IMG/VR virus record: IMGVR_UViG_3300004806_000016 | Origin: a virus | DNA: 64,000 nt | Strand: one strand, 5' to 3' | Shown: piece after piece, positions 27,973-37,611 of the stretch | Numbering within the stretch: position 1 is the first letter of the stretch | How the letters are laid out: every line of letters starts with the position of its first letter | Translations under genes and position numbers: made by a program | The notes under the pieces: model-generated | The model's input: the letters and a program-made list of their open reading frames with translations, nothing else | What the model was told of the DNA's origin: nothing | Database searches by the model: none

Positions 27973-29220
27973 ATGCCTGGAGTAATAAGCAAAAAGGGTA
28001 AAAAGAACCCAAAGCTAATTAAAGTCTTGACTAAGAGAGCAAGACAACTGATGAACGATAATCGTTTCAAAGTCAGAATGGCAACTATCAACAGAGTTCC
28101 TATCAATAAGAAATTTGATATTCCCTATCTAGCAGGTTATTCTAAAGACGGCAAGACAGTATACATTGACCGTCATCTTAAGACAATATTTCAGGGTGTT
28201 GATATATCTCAGTTCCTTCGCATACATGAGATAGCAGAAAAGACACTACTAGATTTAGATCATCTTACATATCAAGAAGCCCACCATATCGCTACACATC
28301 TAGAGCGCATGGCTGTTGAAAAGGTAGGTCTTAACTGGGAAAAATATACAAAATTCCTAGAACCATACATTAAGAGAGTCCATGGTGAAGATTTAAAGAT
28401 AGTTCCTAAAGATTTAGATCTTGAGCCATACGCCGATGAACATGATCCTATCCTCAGAAATCTTATGAAGAAGGAAGGCGTAAGGGATATTAAAGCCAGA
28501 ACGGTCAGAGAATCAATAGGACTTGATGAAGTCAAGATCAGCCTAGAATATCATGACGAGCTGAATCCTGTTCTGTGGGATGGTTTTAAATTAAAGCCAG
28601 AAGTAAGAAACAAACTGATGGAATTTGCGAAGGCATGGGCCAGTTTCGCGAAAATACCACTTGACATTATACAGGATATCATTATAATAGGTGGTAATGT
28701 TAATTATAACTACACATCTAAATCAGACATAGACGTCCATCTTATCCTTGATCGCGATCAGCTGGGCCAAAACAGAGAGATGGTTGATGAATATCTCCAA
28801 GACAAGAAAGTCCTATGGACTCTCACACATAAGGTGTCTGTACTCGGATACCCAATCGAACCCTATGCGCAAGACTCACATGCAAGTTATCCCCGTGGTC
28901 AAGGCGTCTACAGTATCAAACGAAACACGTGGGTTCAATACCCTCCTCGCGGGAAATACGACTTTAAGAACGATCCAGCTCTAAAGAGAAAAGTCTTATT
29001 CTATAAGAGACTGATCGATACCATCATCAAAGATAAGATGGATGTTGGTGCTGTTAGAGATCTAAAGGCAAAGTTGAGAGATATGCGTGCTGCTTCTATT
29101 GCCGATGGTGGTGAGTTTGGTTTCGAGAATCTAGTGTTCAAGGAACTAAGGAACCGTGGTTATCTTGATAAGATGAACAAATATGAATTAACAATGAAAG
29201 ATCAGGAGTTGAGTTTATGA
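27973..29220 (+). CDS. Pol-beta-superfamily nucleotidyltransferase with extra N-terminal domain
   Basis: IIGGNVNYNY...SDIDVH, IEPYAQD and GEFGFENLVFKELR motifs; TATAAATA at 27926. Confidence 0.75.
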   Translation: MPGVISKKGKKNPKLIKVLTKRARQLMNDNRFKVRMATINRVPINKKFDIPYLAGYSKDGKTVYIDRHLKTIFQGVDISQFLRIHEIAEKTLLDLDHLTYQEAHHIATHLERMAVEKVGLNWEKYTKFLEPYIKRVHGEDLKIVPKDLDLEPYADEHDPILRNLMKKEGVRDIKARTVRESIGLDEVKISLEYHDELNPVLWDGFKLKPEVRNKLMEFAKAWASFAKIPLDIIQDIIIIGGNVNYNYTSKSDIDVHLILDRDQLGQNREMVDEYLQDKKVLWTLTHKVSVLGYPIEPYAQDSHASYPRGQGVYSIKRNTWVQYPPRGKYDFKNDPALKRKVLFYKRLIDTIIKDKMDVGAVRDLKAKLRDMRAASIADGGEFGFENLVFKELRNRGYLDKMNKYELTMKDQELSL

Positions 29221-29317
29221 TGCTACTCGAGACTATGGTAATTAAAGATATGTGGGAACGAGGATTTAATCCTTGCTTTCAGTCAGATATCGAACTATAC
29301 TGGAAGGAGTTGTTAGG

Positions 29318-29572
29318 ATGATTGAGATTTACAGCAAACCAAACTGCCCATACTGCACTAAAGCAAAACAACTTCTTCGTACCATGGATATTCCTTTCAA
29401 TGAATATAAACTGGATGAAGATTTTACCCGTGAGATCGTGTTGGAAAAGTTTCCTAATGCTAAATCTTACCCAATCGTAGTCGTTGATGGTTTCCATATC
29501 GGTGGTTACAGTCAACTAGCAGAAAAGATCAATTCTGAAACTAATGACAATCGTAAACTCTTAGCTGAATAA
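29318..29572 (+). CDS. nrdC: Glutaredoxin
   Basis: CPYC, SYP and IGGY motifs. Confidence 0.9.
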   Translation: MIEIYSKPNCPYCTKAKQLLRTMDIPFNEYKLDEDFTREIVLEKFPNAKSYPIVVVDGFHIGGYSQLAEKINSETNDNRKLLAE

Positions 29573-29583
29573 GGACTTATATT

Positions 29584-29853
29584 ATGCAATTTCAACGTGA
29601 CCACCTTCTTGAGGATCTCAAGGCTCATGTCTGTGAGATCCATTTCACTAAAGTAAACGGCGATTTTCGTAAGATGCGTTGTACTCTTCGCTGGGATCTT
29701 GTGCCTGCTAATACTGATATCAAGCATCTAGATGAAGAGCACAAGAAAGAACCAAACCTCAATACAGTTGTTGCCTGGGATGTAGAAAAGGGCGGATGGC
29801 GTTCTTTCCGTATTGATACAGTCCAATACGCTCAGATCATTGAGGCTTACTGA
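29584..29853 (+). CDS. Sm-like/SH3 (WYL_2-like) conserved T4 protein
   Basis: FTKVNG..R.M.CTL and WD.EK.GWRSFR motifs. Confidence 0.75.
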   Translation: MQFQRDHLLEDLKAHVCEIHFTKVNGDFRKMRCTLRWDLVPANTDIKHLDEEHKKEPNLNTVVAWDVEKGGWRSFRIDTVQYAQIIEAY

Positions 29854-30131
29854 TGACAAAAATTGTTATGGTTGATGTGCTTACGAGTTTTCGTAATCGT
29901 TATGCTGTTGAATTGAATGATGAAGACCCAGCCGAGTGGGCTGTGGATACTGTCGTTTGTGAGATGCATGATGTAAAACTCACAGAATTCAGCCAATATC
30001 ACATTGGTGATCAGGTAATGTCTCATAGAGAGATTACTAAAGAAGAATATCTCCGTATGTTTGACGAAGATAATGATTATCTAAAGGATTGGACTGAGAA
30101 ACAAAAACTCTCATTCATCAACAATAAATAA
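29853..30131 (+). CDS. Hypothetical protein
   Basis: EFSQ.HIG...FD.DNDYL..W motif. Confidence 0.65.
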   Translation: MTKIVMVDVLTSFRNRYAVELNDEDPAEWAVDTVVCEMHDVKLTEFSQYHIGDQVMSHREITKEEYLRMFDEDNDYLKDWTEKQKLSFINNK

Positions 30132-30164
30132 TGTTTTTCAACACTCTTAAGGAGGTCAAATGAA

Positions 30165-30530
30165 ATGAGCGATTACTGGGGTTTTCACCTTATCTTAGAC
30201 GCATCTGGCTGTGATCATGATGCTATTACCTCTCACGATAACATCTATAATTTTGTTAAACAGCTAGTGACTGATATTGATATGGTTGCCTATGGTGAAC
30301 CTCAGATTATCAATTTTGGTTCAGGAAATAAAGCAGGATACACTCTCGTTCAATTGATTGAGACCAGTAATATCTGCGCCCATTTCGTCAACGAACATAA
30401 TCATATGTATCTTGACGTTTTCTCCTGTAAGACTTTTGACCCAGAAGTTGTTATTAGACTTGTTGCTGAATATTTCAAGTCAACAAACTATAATACAGCT
30501 TTCATTGAAAGGCAAGCGCCAAACACATGA
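30165..30530 (+). CDS. speD: S-adenosylmethionine decarboxylase proenzyme
   Basis: G.HLILD, LIETSNI..H (self-cleavage Ser) and YLDVFSC motifs. Confidence 0.85.
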   Translation: MSDYWGFHLILDASGCDHDAITSHDNIYNFVKQLVTDIDMVAYGEPQIINFGSGNKAGYTLVQLIETSNICAHFVNEHNHMYLDVFSCKTFDPEVVIRLVAEYFKSTNYNTAFIERQAPNT

Positions 30531-30955
30531 TAACAGGATTTACTTGTGGAGCCTTTGATCTTTTGCATCCAGGGCATATTGCTATGTTGAAAGACTGTAA
30601 GAGTCAGTGTGATTGGCTTATCGTTGGCCTTCACACTGACCCAACAATAGATAGACCAGAAAAAAATAAACCTATACAGACTGTGTTCGAGAGATGGATG
30701 CAGTTAGATTCATGCGTTCATGTTGATTATATCATTCCTTATGATACTGAACACGACCTAATAAATATGATGGCGACGCTAGATATCAACAAGAGATTTG
30801 TCGGAATAGATCATCAGCTGGATGTTATAACAGGCCAATCTATATGCGATAGGCGTGGTATAGAAATTATATACAATGAAAGAAATCATGATTACAGTTC
30901 AAGTGAATTGAGGAGCAGAATACGTAATGACACACGTCGAAGAATATTTTTCTGA
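30527..30955 (+). CDS. HIGH-family sugar-phosphate nucleotidylyltransferase (TagD/HldC-like)
   Basis: GAFDLLHPGH, LIVGL and R.HDYSSSELR motifs. Confidence 0.85.
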   Translation: MITGFTCGAFDLLHPGHIAMLKDCKSQCDWLIVGLHTDPTIDRPEKNKPIQTVFERWMQLDSCVHVDYIIPYDTEHDLINMMATLDINKRFVGIDHQLDVITGQSICDRRGIEIIYNERNHDYSSSELRSRIRNDTRRRIFF

Positions 30956-31514
30956 AGTTGCTCGCATCGGCGAGTTGATCGATAAACAAAAGATAGAGAG
31001 TTTTGCCAATGCCCTGCGCACCACCCGTGACATTTCGAATGGACGAGTATTTGTTCTCGGCGTGGGTGGGTCTGCTGGCAATGCATCCCATATGGTTAAT
31101 GACCTGCGAAAACTCTGCGGCATCGAGGCTTATGCTCCAACAGACAATGTTAGCGAACTCTCTGCTCGCACAAACGATGAAGGGTTTGATACAGTATTCA
31201 TCGAGTATCTACGCACCTCACGGTTTACACAAGGAGACACAGTAATTGTTCTCTCTGTTGGTGGTGGTAGCGTTGAGCGTAACGTATCTGTTGGTCTTAT
31301 TAAGGCAATTGATTACGCACATAAAATGGAGGGTTGCGTACTTTCGATTGTGGGTAAAGAAGATGGCTACGCTGCTACAAAGTCTGACCTAGCAGTCGTT
31401 GTTCCCCCAGTAAATCCAGATAGAATTACACCACATAGTGAAGCGTTCCAGGCTGTCGTCTGGCATTGTGTAGTTTCACATCCTGAATTGCAAATGAGAA
31501 AAACAAAATGGTAA
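30927..31514 (+). CDS. gmhA: Sedoheptulose-7-phosphate isomerase (SIS)
   Basis: GVGGSAGNASH, RTND.G, SVGGGS and HSEAFQ...H motifs. Confidence 0.85.
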   Translation: MTHVEEYFSEVARIGELIDKQKIESFANALRTTRDISNGRVFVLGVGGSAGNASHMVNDLRKLCGIEAYAPTDNVSELSARTNDEGFDTVFIEYLRTSRFTQGDTVIVLSVGGGSVERNVSVGLIKAIDYAHKMEGCVLSIVGKEDGYAATKSDLAVVVPPVNPDRITPHSEAFQAVVWHCVVSHPELQMRKTKW

Positions 31515-32065
31515 AAGCAGTATTTTTTGATAAAGACGGTGTATTGAATAAGCTAGTCAAGCGGCCAACTAAGATGACTGCTCCCTGGACTATTGAAGAG
31601 TTGGAGTTCAACTGGCAGTCAAAAGCAGCAGTTAATCTCGTAAAGAAATATGGTTGGAAGACGTTTATGATTACCAATCAGCCAGATTTCTCCGACGAAG
31701 ATCCAACAGAAGGTACGGATATCGCAGATCTGTTCGCTATTATGCAGTGTACTCTGTCTTATTTTAGGTTTGATGGGTTTGACTATTGCACCGAGAGAAG
31801 CTCAGATCATTATAAACCAGCAACAGGAATGGTTGATGATATTGCCAAAGAACATGATATTGATCTGAAACATAGCATCATGATTGGTGATAGCTGGCGC
31901 GATATGGTTCTGGCTTACAAGTGCGGAATGAAGAGCTACTATATAGGTAGTAAAGAAGATATAGATTTCTGGCCAGAAGAATGGCGTAATGTAAGACCAG
32001 ATTATTTCGTCAATAATGTATATGCTGCTTGTAATCATATCGTAAACGGTGGAGCTATGGAATGA
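31508..32065 (+). CDS. gmhB: Heptose-1,7-bisphosphate phosphatase (HAD IIIA)
   Basis: FFDKDGVLN, ITNQPD, KP..GM and IGDSWRD motifs. Confidence 0.85.
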   Translation: MVKAVFFDKDGVLNKLVKRPTKMTAPWTIEELEFNWQSKAAVNLVKKYGWKTFMITNQPDFSDEDPTEGTDIADLFAIMQCTLSYFRFDGFDYCTERSSDHYKPATGMVDDIAKEHDIDLKHSIMIGDSWRDMVLAYKCGMKSYYIGSKEDIDFWPEEWRNVRPDYFVNNVYAACNHIVNGGAME

Positions 32066-32793
32066 AACTATTTGCTGATGGTGCTGACTTTGATGGTATT
32101 ATTGAGGCGGCAAAGGATCTCGAGATTAAAGGATTCACGACTAATCCTACATTGATGCGTAAAGCAGGTGTAACTGATTATGTTAAATTCTCTCAGAGTC
32201 TAATTGAATACCTATACAATAAGAGACCAGACACTTGCTTGAGTCTTGAGGTATTCGCTGATGATAATGAGGGAATGATTCGTCAAGCCAGAGAGATTGA
32301 CTCTTGGTCTGATGAATATCCAGTGTATGTTAAGATTCCTGTAATGAATACGAAAGGCGAATCAACAGAAGAAGTAATCTCTGTATTGTCTAATGAAGGA
32401 ATCAAGCTCAACGTAACAGCAGTGTTTACTATCGATCAGGTACGGGATATCGTGAAGTGTATCACTAAAGATACCCCAACTATCATCTCTGTGTTTGCTG
32501 GACGTATTGCTGACTTGGGTCATAATCCAATCCACATCATGGAAGAAGCAATACAGATTATTGACGCTGGTCTACGCAATTATCCAAACAAGACTACTGA
32601 ATTGCTATGGGCCAGCCCACGCGAGGCATATAATTATATTGAAGCATCTAATATTGGTTGTGATATTATTACGATGACACCTGACCTAATTAAGAAGGTA
32701 AAGGGTTTCCGTTCTAAGTCACTAGAGCAGTTCTCAAAAGAAACGGTTCAAATGTTTTGTAATGATGCGGTGGCAAGTGGATTTAAAATATAA
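32062..32793 (+). CDS. tal: Transaldolase (TalC/FSA-size)
   Basis: FADGA, GFTTNPTL, YVKIP, NVTAVF, SVFAGRIAD and LLWAS.R motifs. Confidence 0.9.
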   Translation: MKLFADGADFDGIIEAAKDLEIKGFTTNPTLMRKAGVTDYVKFSQSLIEYLYNKRPDTCLSLEVFADDNEGMIRQAREIDSWSDEYPVYVKIPVMNTKGESTEEVISVLSNEGIKLNVTAVFTIDQVRDIVKCITKDTPTIISVFAGRIADLGHNPIHIMEEAIQIIDAGLRNYPNKTTELLWASPREAYNYIEASNIGCDIITMTPDLIKKVKGFRSKSLEQFSKETVQMFCNDAVASGFKI

Positions 32794-33550
32794 AAAAGCA
32801 CTCGTAACAGGTGGTACTCGCGGACTCGGTAAAGTTGTTGCTGAGTTGTTTACGTCAAAGGGTATTGATGTCGTAACCTGTTCTAGAGGAAAACAGGATA
32901 CACCAAATCATTACCAGTGTGATGTATCCAGTGCTTGGACTGTATCTAGGATGATTAAAGATCATCAAGATCTAGATATTATCGTCTGTAACGCTGGTAT
33001 ATATGGGCCGATTGGGCCACTAGAAACTATCAAACCAGACAACTGGAAACAGACCATAGAAGTCAATCTAATGGGTGTTGTTAATGTGTGTCGGTTTGCC
33101 GTTCCCATCTTAAAAGCAAATGGTAAGGGTAAGATCATCATCCTATCGGGTGGTGGTGCTACTCAACCCATGCCTAATTTCTCAGCGTATGCAGCATCAA
33201 AGGCAGCTGTCGTTAGATTCGGCGAGACACTAGCAGAAGAGCTGAGGGAATTTAACATTGATGTTAATTGTGTTGCTCCAGGATCATTGAATACTGACTT
33301 TATGGAACAGGCAATTGCCGCTGGCCCAGAGCTAGCGGGTCAGTCATTTTATGATAGGATGATAAAGCAACAACAAGAGGGTGGTGCTGATATCAATATA
33401 GCTGCTGAGTTGTGTTACTTCCTAGCATCAGAACAGAGTGATGGATTAACAGGTAAATTAGTAGCAGCCCAGTGGGACGACTGGAAAAATATGGATAAAT
33501 ACAATACGACTGGTGATTTATATACATTAAGAAGAGTGAATAAACAATGA
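32762..33550 (+). CDS. SDR-family oxidoreductase
   Basis: TGGTRGLG, NAG and YAASK motifs. Confidence 0.9.
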   Translation: MMRWQVDLKYKKALVTGGTRGLGKVVAELFTSKGIDVVTCSRGKQDTPNHYQCDVSSAWTVSRMIKDHQDLDIIVCNAGIYGPIGPLETIKPDNWKQTIEVNLMGVVNVCRFAVPILKANGKGKIIILSGGGATQPMPNFSAYAASKAAVVRFGETLAEELREFNIDVNCVAPGSLNTDFMEQAIAAGPELAGQSFYDRMIKQQQEGGADINIAAELCYFLASEQSDGLTGKLVAAQWDDWKNMDKYNTTGDLYTLRRVNKQ

Positions 33551-34527
33551 ATATAGCTATAGTAGGATGTGGCCTTGTAGGTAACAAGAGAGCAAAACAA
33601 CTGGCTGGTTGTAAGTTAGTTGCCGTCCACGATATAAACAAACAAAAATGCATTGACTTAATTTCCGCAACAGGTTATACTGATTGTGTGATAGAAAACG
33701 ACTGGAAGAATGCCGTTACCCGAAACGATGTTGATGTTGTCATCGTTGCTACAATGCATAATATGTTAGCAGAGATTACGATCGCAGCATTAGAAGCAGG
33801 TAAACATGTATTGGTTGAGAAGCCAGTCGGTAAAGATATTGAAGACATCAACAATATCATCCTAGCAGCAGATAAAGCTGGTAAGATGGTTCGTGTTGGT
33901 TTCAATCATCGCTACCATCCTGCTATGATGAAAGCAACCAAGCTGATCGAACAGGGATACATTGGTGATATCATGTATATCCGTGCTCGCTACGGGCATG
34001 GTGGTCGCGTAGGATACAACAAAGAATGGCGTGGTGACCCTAAGTTGGCTGGCGGTGGTGAGCTGGTCGAACAGGGTATTCATATCATTGACCTCGCTCA
34101 GAAGTTCTTGGGTAAATTTACTGATGTAAAGGGTTTCGCCGAGACATTCTATTGGGATCAGGTGTTGGATGATAATGCTTTCCTAACACTGCGTAACGAT
34201 AAGAAACAGACAGCATTCATTCATGTAAGCTGTACCGAATGGAAGAATACCTTCTCGTTTGAGATCTACGGCAAGAAGGGTAAGCTAGAAGTCAATGGTC
34301 TTGGCGGTAGCTACGGTATTGAGACTCTCAAGTATTATGAAGTCAGACCAGAGATGGGCCCACCACATACAACTATCTGGGAATACCCACAGGAAGATAA
34401 GTCTTGGGAACAAGAGATCATCGAATTTATGGAAGATATTAGAACTAACAGAACACCAGAAGCAGGACTACAGAGTGCTAGGAATGCTTGGGAAGTAATC
34501 AACATAATCTATGGAGCAAGTAAATAA
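33547..34527 (+). CDS. Gfo/Idh/MocA oxidoreductase
   Basis: GCGLVG, GKHVLVEKP and GGG...QG.H..D motifs. Confidence 0.9.
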   Translation: MNIAIVGCGLVGNKRAKQLAGCKLVAVHDINKQKCIDLISATGYTDCVIENDWKNAVTRNDVDVVIVATMHNMLAEITIAALEAGKHVLVEKPVGKDIEDINNIILAADKAGKMVRVGFNHRYHPAMMKATKLIEQGYIGDIMYIRARYGHGGRVGYNKEWRGDPKLAGGGELVEQGIHIIDLAQKFLGKFTDVKGFAETFYWDQVLDDNAFLTLRNDKKQTAFIHVSCTEWKNTFSFEIYGKKGKLEVNGLGGSYGIETLKYYEVRPEMGPPHTTIWEYPQEDKSWEQEIIEFMEDIRTNRTPEAGLQSARNAWEVINIIYGASK

Positions 34528-35135
34528 TGGCTATCGAGAAAAGATTATTGTTAACAAGATTGGCTAACTGCCCTGTGCTTAATCTTGGTGAATACACATA
34601 TGGTATGCCGCAAGGATTGGTGTTAGAATTTGGCGTTCACGTTGGTAATACTATCAGAGCAATCTCTCATTTTACTGATCGACCAGTGTTTGGCTTCGAT
34701 TCCTTTGAGGGATTGCCAGAAGATTGGTCTGGTGCTGGTGGTGTAAAGAAAGGCCATTTCGCCTGTGAGATCCCAGAAAATCTCAGACACAATGTGGTTC
34801 TTGTAAAGGGTTGGTTCGAGGATACACTGGGCCCATTCTGTAAGGCAATGAACCATAACAAAGTTGCTTTCGTTCATATTGACTGCGACATTTACTCTGG
34901 TGCTAAGACTATCTTTGGTGAGTTGACCAAGGCAGATATGTGGCAAGATGGTAGCGTTATTGTATTTGATGAGATTGCTGGCTATCCTGGATGGGAAGAA
35001 GGCGAGTTCAAAGCATTCAATGAGTTTCTTGATGCTACTGGTTGGAGATGGAAACTGTTAGGTATTCATGGCGGTAACAGAGCAGACCTAGACCAAGGTG
35101 GTGAAGTTAAGTGTGCCTTTAAGATCTTTAAGTGA
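34527..35135 (+). CDS. TylF/MycF-like sugar O-methyltransferase
   Basis: LEFGV..G, GFDSFEGLP, GWFEDTL, HIDCDIY and FDE motifs. Confidence 0.8.
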   Translation: MAIEKRLLLTRLANCPVLNLGEYTYGMPQGLVLEFGVHVGNTIRAISHFTDRPVFGFDSFEGLPEDWSGAGGVKKGHFACEIPENLRHNVVLVKGWFEDTLGPFCKAMNHNKVAFVHIDCDIYSGAKTIFGELTKADMWQDGSVIVFDEIAGYPGWEEGEFKAFNEFLDATGWRWKLLGIHGGNRADLDQGGEVKCAFKIFK

Positions 35136-35142
35136 GAGTAAA

Positions 35143-36171
35143 ATGGAAAATAACTTTGATCTAATAGAACAGAATGAAGCAGGTAAGAATGCAAACGGCG
35201 GAACCGAACTATTCATGCGGTTCCTCTATGGTGGTAGAATTCCTCGTGAGTTGTTAGTCAATACTCAGATTATACCTGGACGTATCAGAGAATTAGATTC
35301 GTCAAAGATTCGCGTATTAACATTACATGATCTACCAGAAGATCCTGAATGTCAGAAACTGAAGGACGCTCATTTCCGTAAGAAATTTCATAAGATAGTA
35401 TTCATCTCAAACTGGCAGTATCAACGGTTCAGAGATATTTTACGTGTTCCCTATTCAACAGAACATACTGTTATTGAAAATGGTTTAGAGCCAATAGATG
35501 TTGATATTGATAAGAAACCAGATGTTGATGATGTCGTTAATATCTGTTACATTACTACACCTCATCGTGGCCTAGAACTATTGGTACCGATGTTTGAGAT
35601 GTTAGCCAAGGAAGATAAGAAGATACACCTACACGTTCACTCTTCCTTCAATATGTATGGCTGGCCCGATGCTGATAAGCCATACGAAAAACTATTTGAT
35701 ACATGTAAGAGTCACCCACAGATTACATATCACGGATATACTGAGTTCAACCAACTTAGAGGGATGATGAAAGACTATCATATCTGTGCCTATCCTTCTA
35801 TCTGGGAAGAGACTGCCTGTCGTTCTATCCTAGAAGCAATGAGTGCTGGTATGTTGTGCGTTCATCCTAACTTTGGTGCATTGTTTGATACGACTGGCGG
35901 CATGAATTTTATGTATGATGGTTCTGCTGATAAGAGACAACATGCTGATATGTTTGGCGAACACCTCTATTCTGCTATCATGGCTGTTAGAACTAAGTCT
36001 GATGCTGTTCGTTCTCGTCTGTTGTTTAACAAGTCATATGTTGATACACGCTATCATCCTGACCTAGCAATCAGCCGCTGGAACAGAATGCTTGGTGATC
36101 TAAACGATAAGTATGATACACCAGAAAAGAGAAAACTAGAAACACAAATGTTCTCATACAAGGTAGGATAA
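35143..36171 (+). CDS. GT-B (GT4-like) glycosyltransferase
   Basis: GGTE, TP.RGL and YPSIWEETAC....EAM.AG motifs. Confidence 0.85.
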   Translation: MENNFDLIEQNEAGKNANGGTELFMRFLYGGRIPRELLVNTQIIPGRIRELDSSKIRVLTLHDLPEDPECQKLKDAHFRKKFHKIVFISNWQYQRFRDILRVPYSTEHTVIENGLEPIDVDIDKKPDVDDVVNICYITTPHRGLELLVPMFEMLAKEDKKIHLHVHSSFNMYGWPDADKPYEKLFDTCKSHPQITYHGYTEFNQLRGMMKDYHICAYPSIWEETACRSILEAMSAGMLCVHPNFGALFDTTGGMNFMYDGSADKRQHADMFGEHLYSAIMAVRTKSDAVRSRLLFNKSYVDTRYHPDLAISRWNRMLGDLNDKYDTPEKRKLETQMFSYKVG

Positions 36172-37157
36172 TGATCTTAACAAAGACTCCATTACGTATC
36201 AGTTTCTTCAGCGGTGGCAGCGATCTGCCATCGTTTTATTCTAAGGAAGATGGTGCTGCTCTCTCTGTTACTATAAGCAAATACATCTATGTCATGGTTC
36301 ATAAGACACCTCACCTCGGTGTTAAAGTGATGTACGATCAGATTGAAGAATTTCCTGATGTTGAGGCAATGCAAACAAACATTACCAGCGAGACATTGAA
36401 GTACTTCAACATTGAGAAAGAAATAACAGTAGCATCTATATCTGATATTCTATCTAAGGGATCAGGTCTAGGATCATCATCTGCTTTTACCGTTGGTCTG
36501 ATTAATGCATTATCAGCAAGTAAATGGGGTGTTGCCTCTAATGGTTACCTAGCAGATATTGCCTGCGAGATAGAGATGAATAGATGTAACTATCCCGTAG
36601 GAAAACAAGACCAGTATGCTGCTGCTTATGGTGGGCTGAACCTATTTCGTTTTAGAAAAAATGGTGAGGTATCAGTAGACCATACAAATGTTTCCCTTTC
36701 TACCCTAGGCAAATTAGAATCAAATCTAATGCTAGTATATAGTGGAAAGGGCAGATCAGCAAATAGTATCTTACAGAAACAATCAGCAGCAATGAGTGAT
36801 GCTGATAAGTTCAATCTAGTAAGACGTAGCAGAGACAAAGCATTTACTGGTCTTGAATACCTGCGCAATGGTGATGTTGACTCTTTTGGTGACCTATTAC
36901 ATGAGGCATGGCTAGATAAGAAAGGAGTAGTCAGCGAGATAACACAAGACTACTTCGATGACGTGTATCAAAATATAAGAATAGCTGGAGCAATTGGTGG
37001 TAAACTACTTGGTGCTGGCGGTGGTGGTTTCTTTATATTCTATGTTACTCCTGATAAACAAGAGCATGTCAGACATCATATTGAAAACTATACTTCATGT
37101 AAAGTGTATGACTTCAAATTCACTGATCGTGGATCCCAAATAGTTTCAATTTGCTAA
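36171..37157 (+). CDS. hddA: GHMP kinase, D-glycero-alpha-D-manno-heptose-7-phosphate kinase-like
   Basis: TPLRISF..GGSD, GSGLGSS, GKQDQY and GGKLLGAGGGG motifs. Confidence 0.85.
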   Translation: MILTKTPLRISFFSGGSDLPSFYSKEDGAALSVTISKYIYVMVHKTPHLGVKVMYDQIEEFPDVEAMQTNITSETLKYFNIEKEITVASISDILSKGSGLGSSSAFTVGLINALSASKWGVASNGYLADIACEIEMNRCNYPVGKQDQYAAAYGGLNLFRFRKNGEVSVDHTNVSLSTLGKLESNLMLVYSGKGRSANSILQKQSAAMSDADKFNLVRRSRDKAFTGLEYLRNGDVDSFGDLLHEAWLDKKGVVSEITQDYFDDVYQNIRIAGAIGGKLLGAGGGGFFIFYVTPDKQEHVRHHIENYTSCKVYDFKFTDRGSQIVSIC

Positions 37158-37213
37158 ATAATAGTGCTTGACTTATTACGAGAAAAGCATTATTATAATC
37201 ATAGGTAAAACAT

Positions 37214-37594
37214 ATGGATAATGTAATCAAGTTTCCTAAGAACAACATTAATCCTTCGTTCGTTCCCAACGATCTGAACGAGATTGATGAAAGAATGCAA
37301 ATGATAAAGTTCCAACATATCATTGAGACTCTTGAGACTATTCTACCTACACTATTCCAGCAGATTGAACTTGCTGGTTTCAATATAAACGACGAAGAAG
37401 ATATATCTATTAAAGATGGTGCGTTTGTGATAGAAGCAATTAGATCATTCCTATGTAAGACGCATGGTATAGACCATCCGTTTCAGACAATAGCAGAGGA
37501 AGTATTTGAGCGAACAAGCGATACTACCTTTAGAATTATTGATAAGCTGAATGTTACACTTAAAGAAGACATGATGGAGAAAGGAACCAGCTAA
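37214..37594 (+). CDS. Hypothetical protein
   Basis: NVIKFP start and HPFQ motif; CTTGAC...TATAAT promoter upstream. Confidence 0.65.
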   Translation: MDNVIKFPKNNINPSFVPNDLNEIDERMQMIKFQHIIETLETILPTLFQQIELAGFNINDEEDISIKDGAFVIEAIRSFLCKTHGIDHPFQTIAEEVFERTSDTTFRIIDKLNVTLKEDMMEKGTS

Positions 37595-37611
37595 TAACTG
37601 GTTGTTATAAT

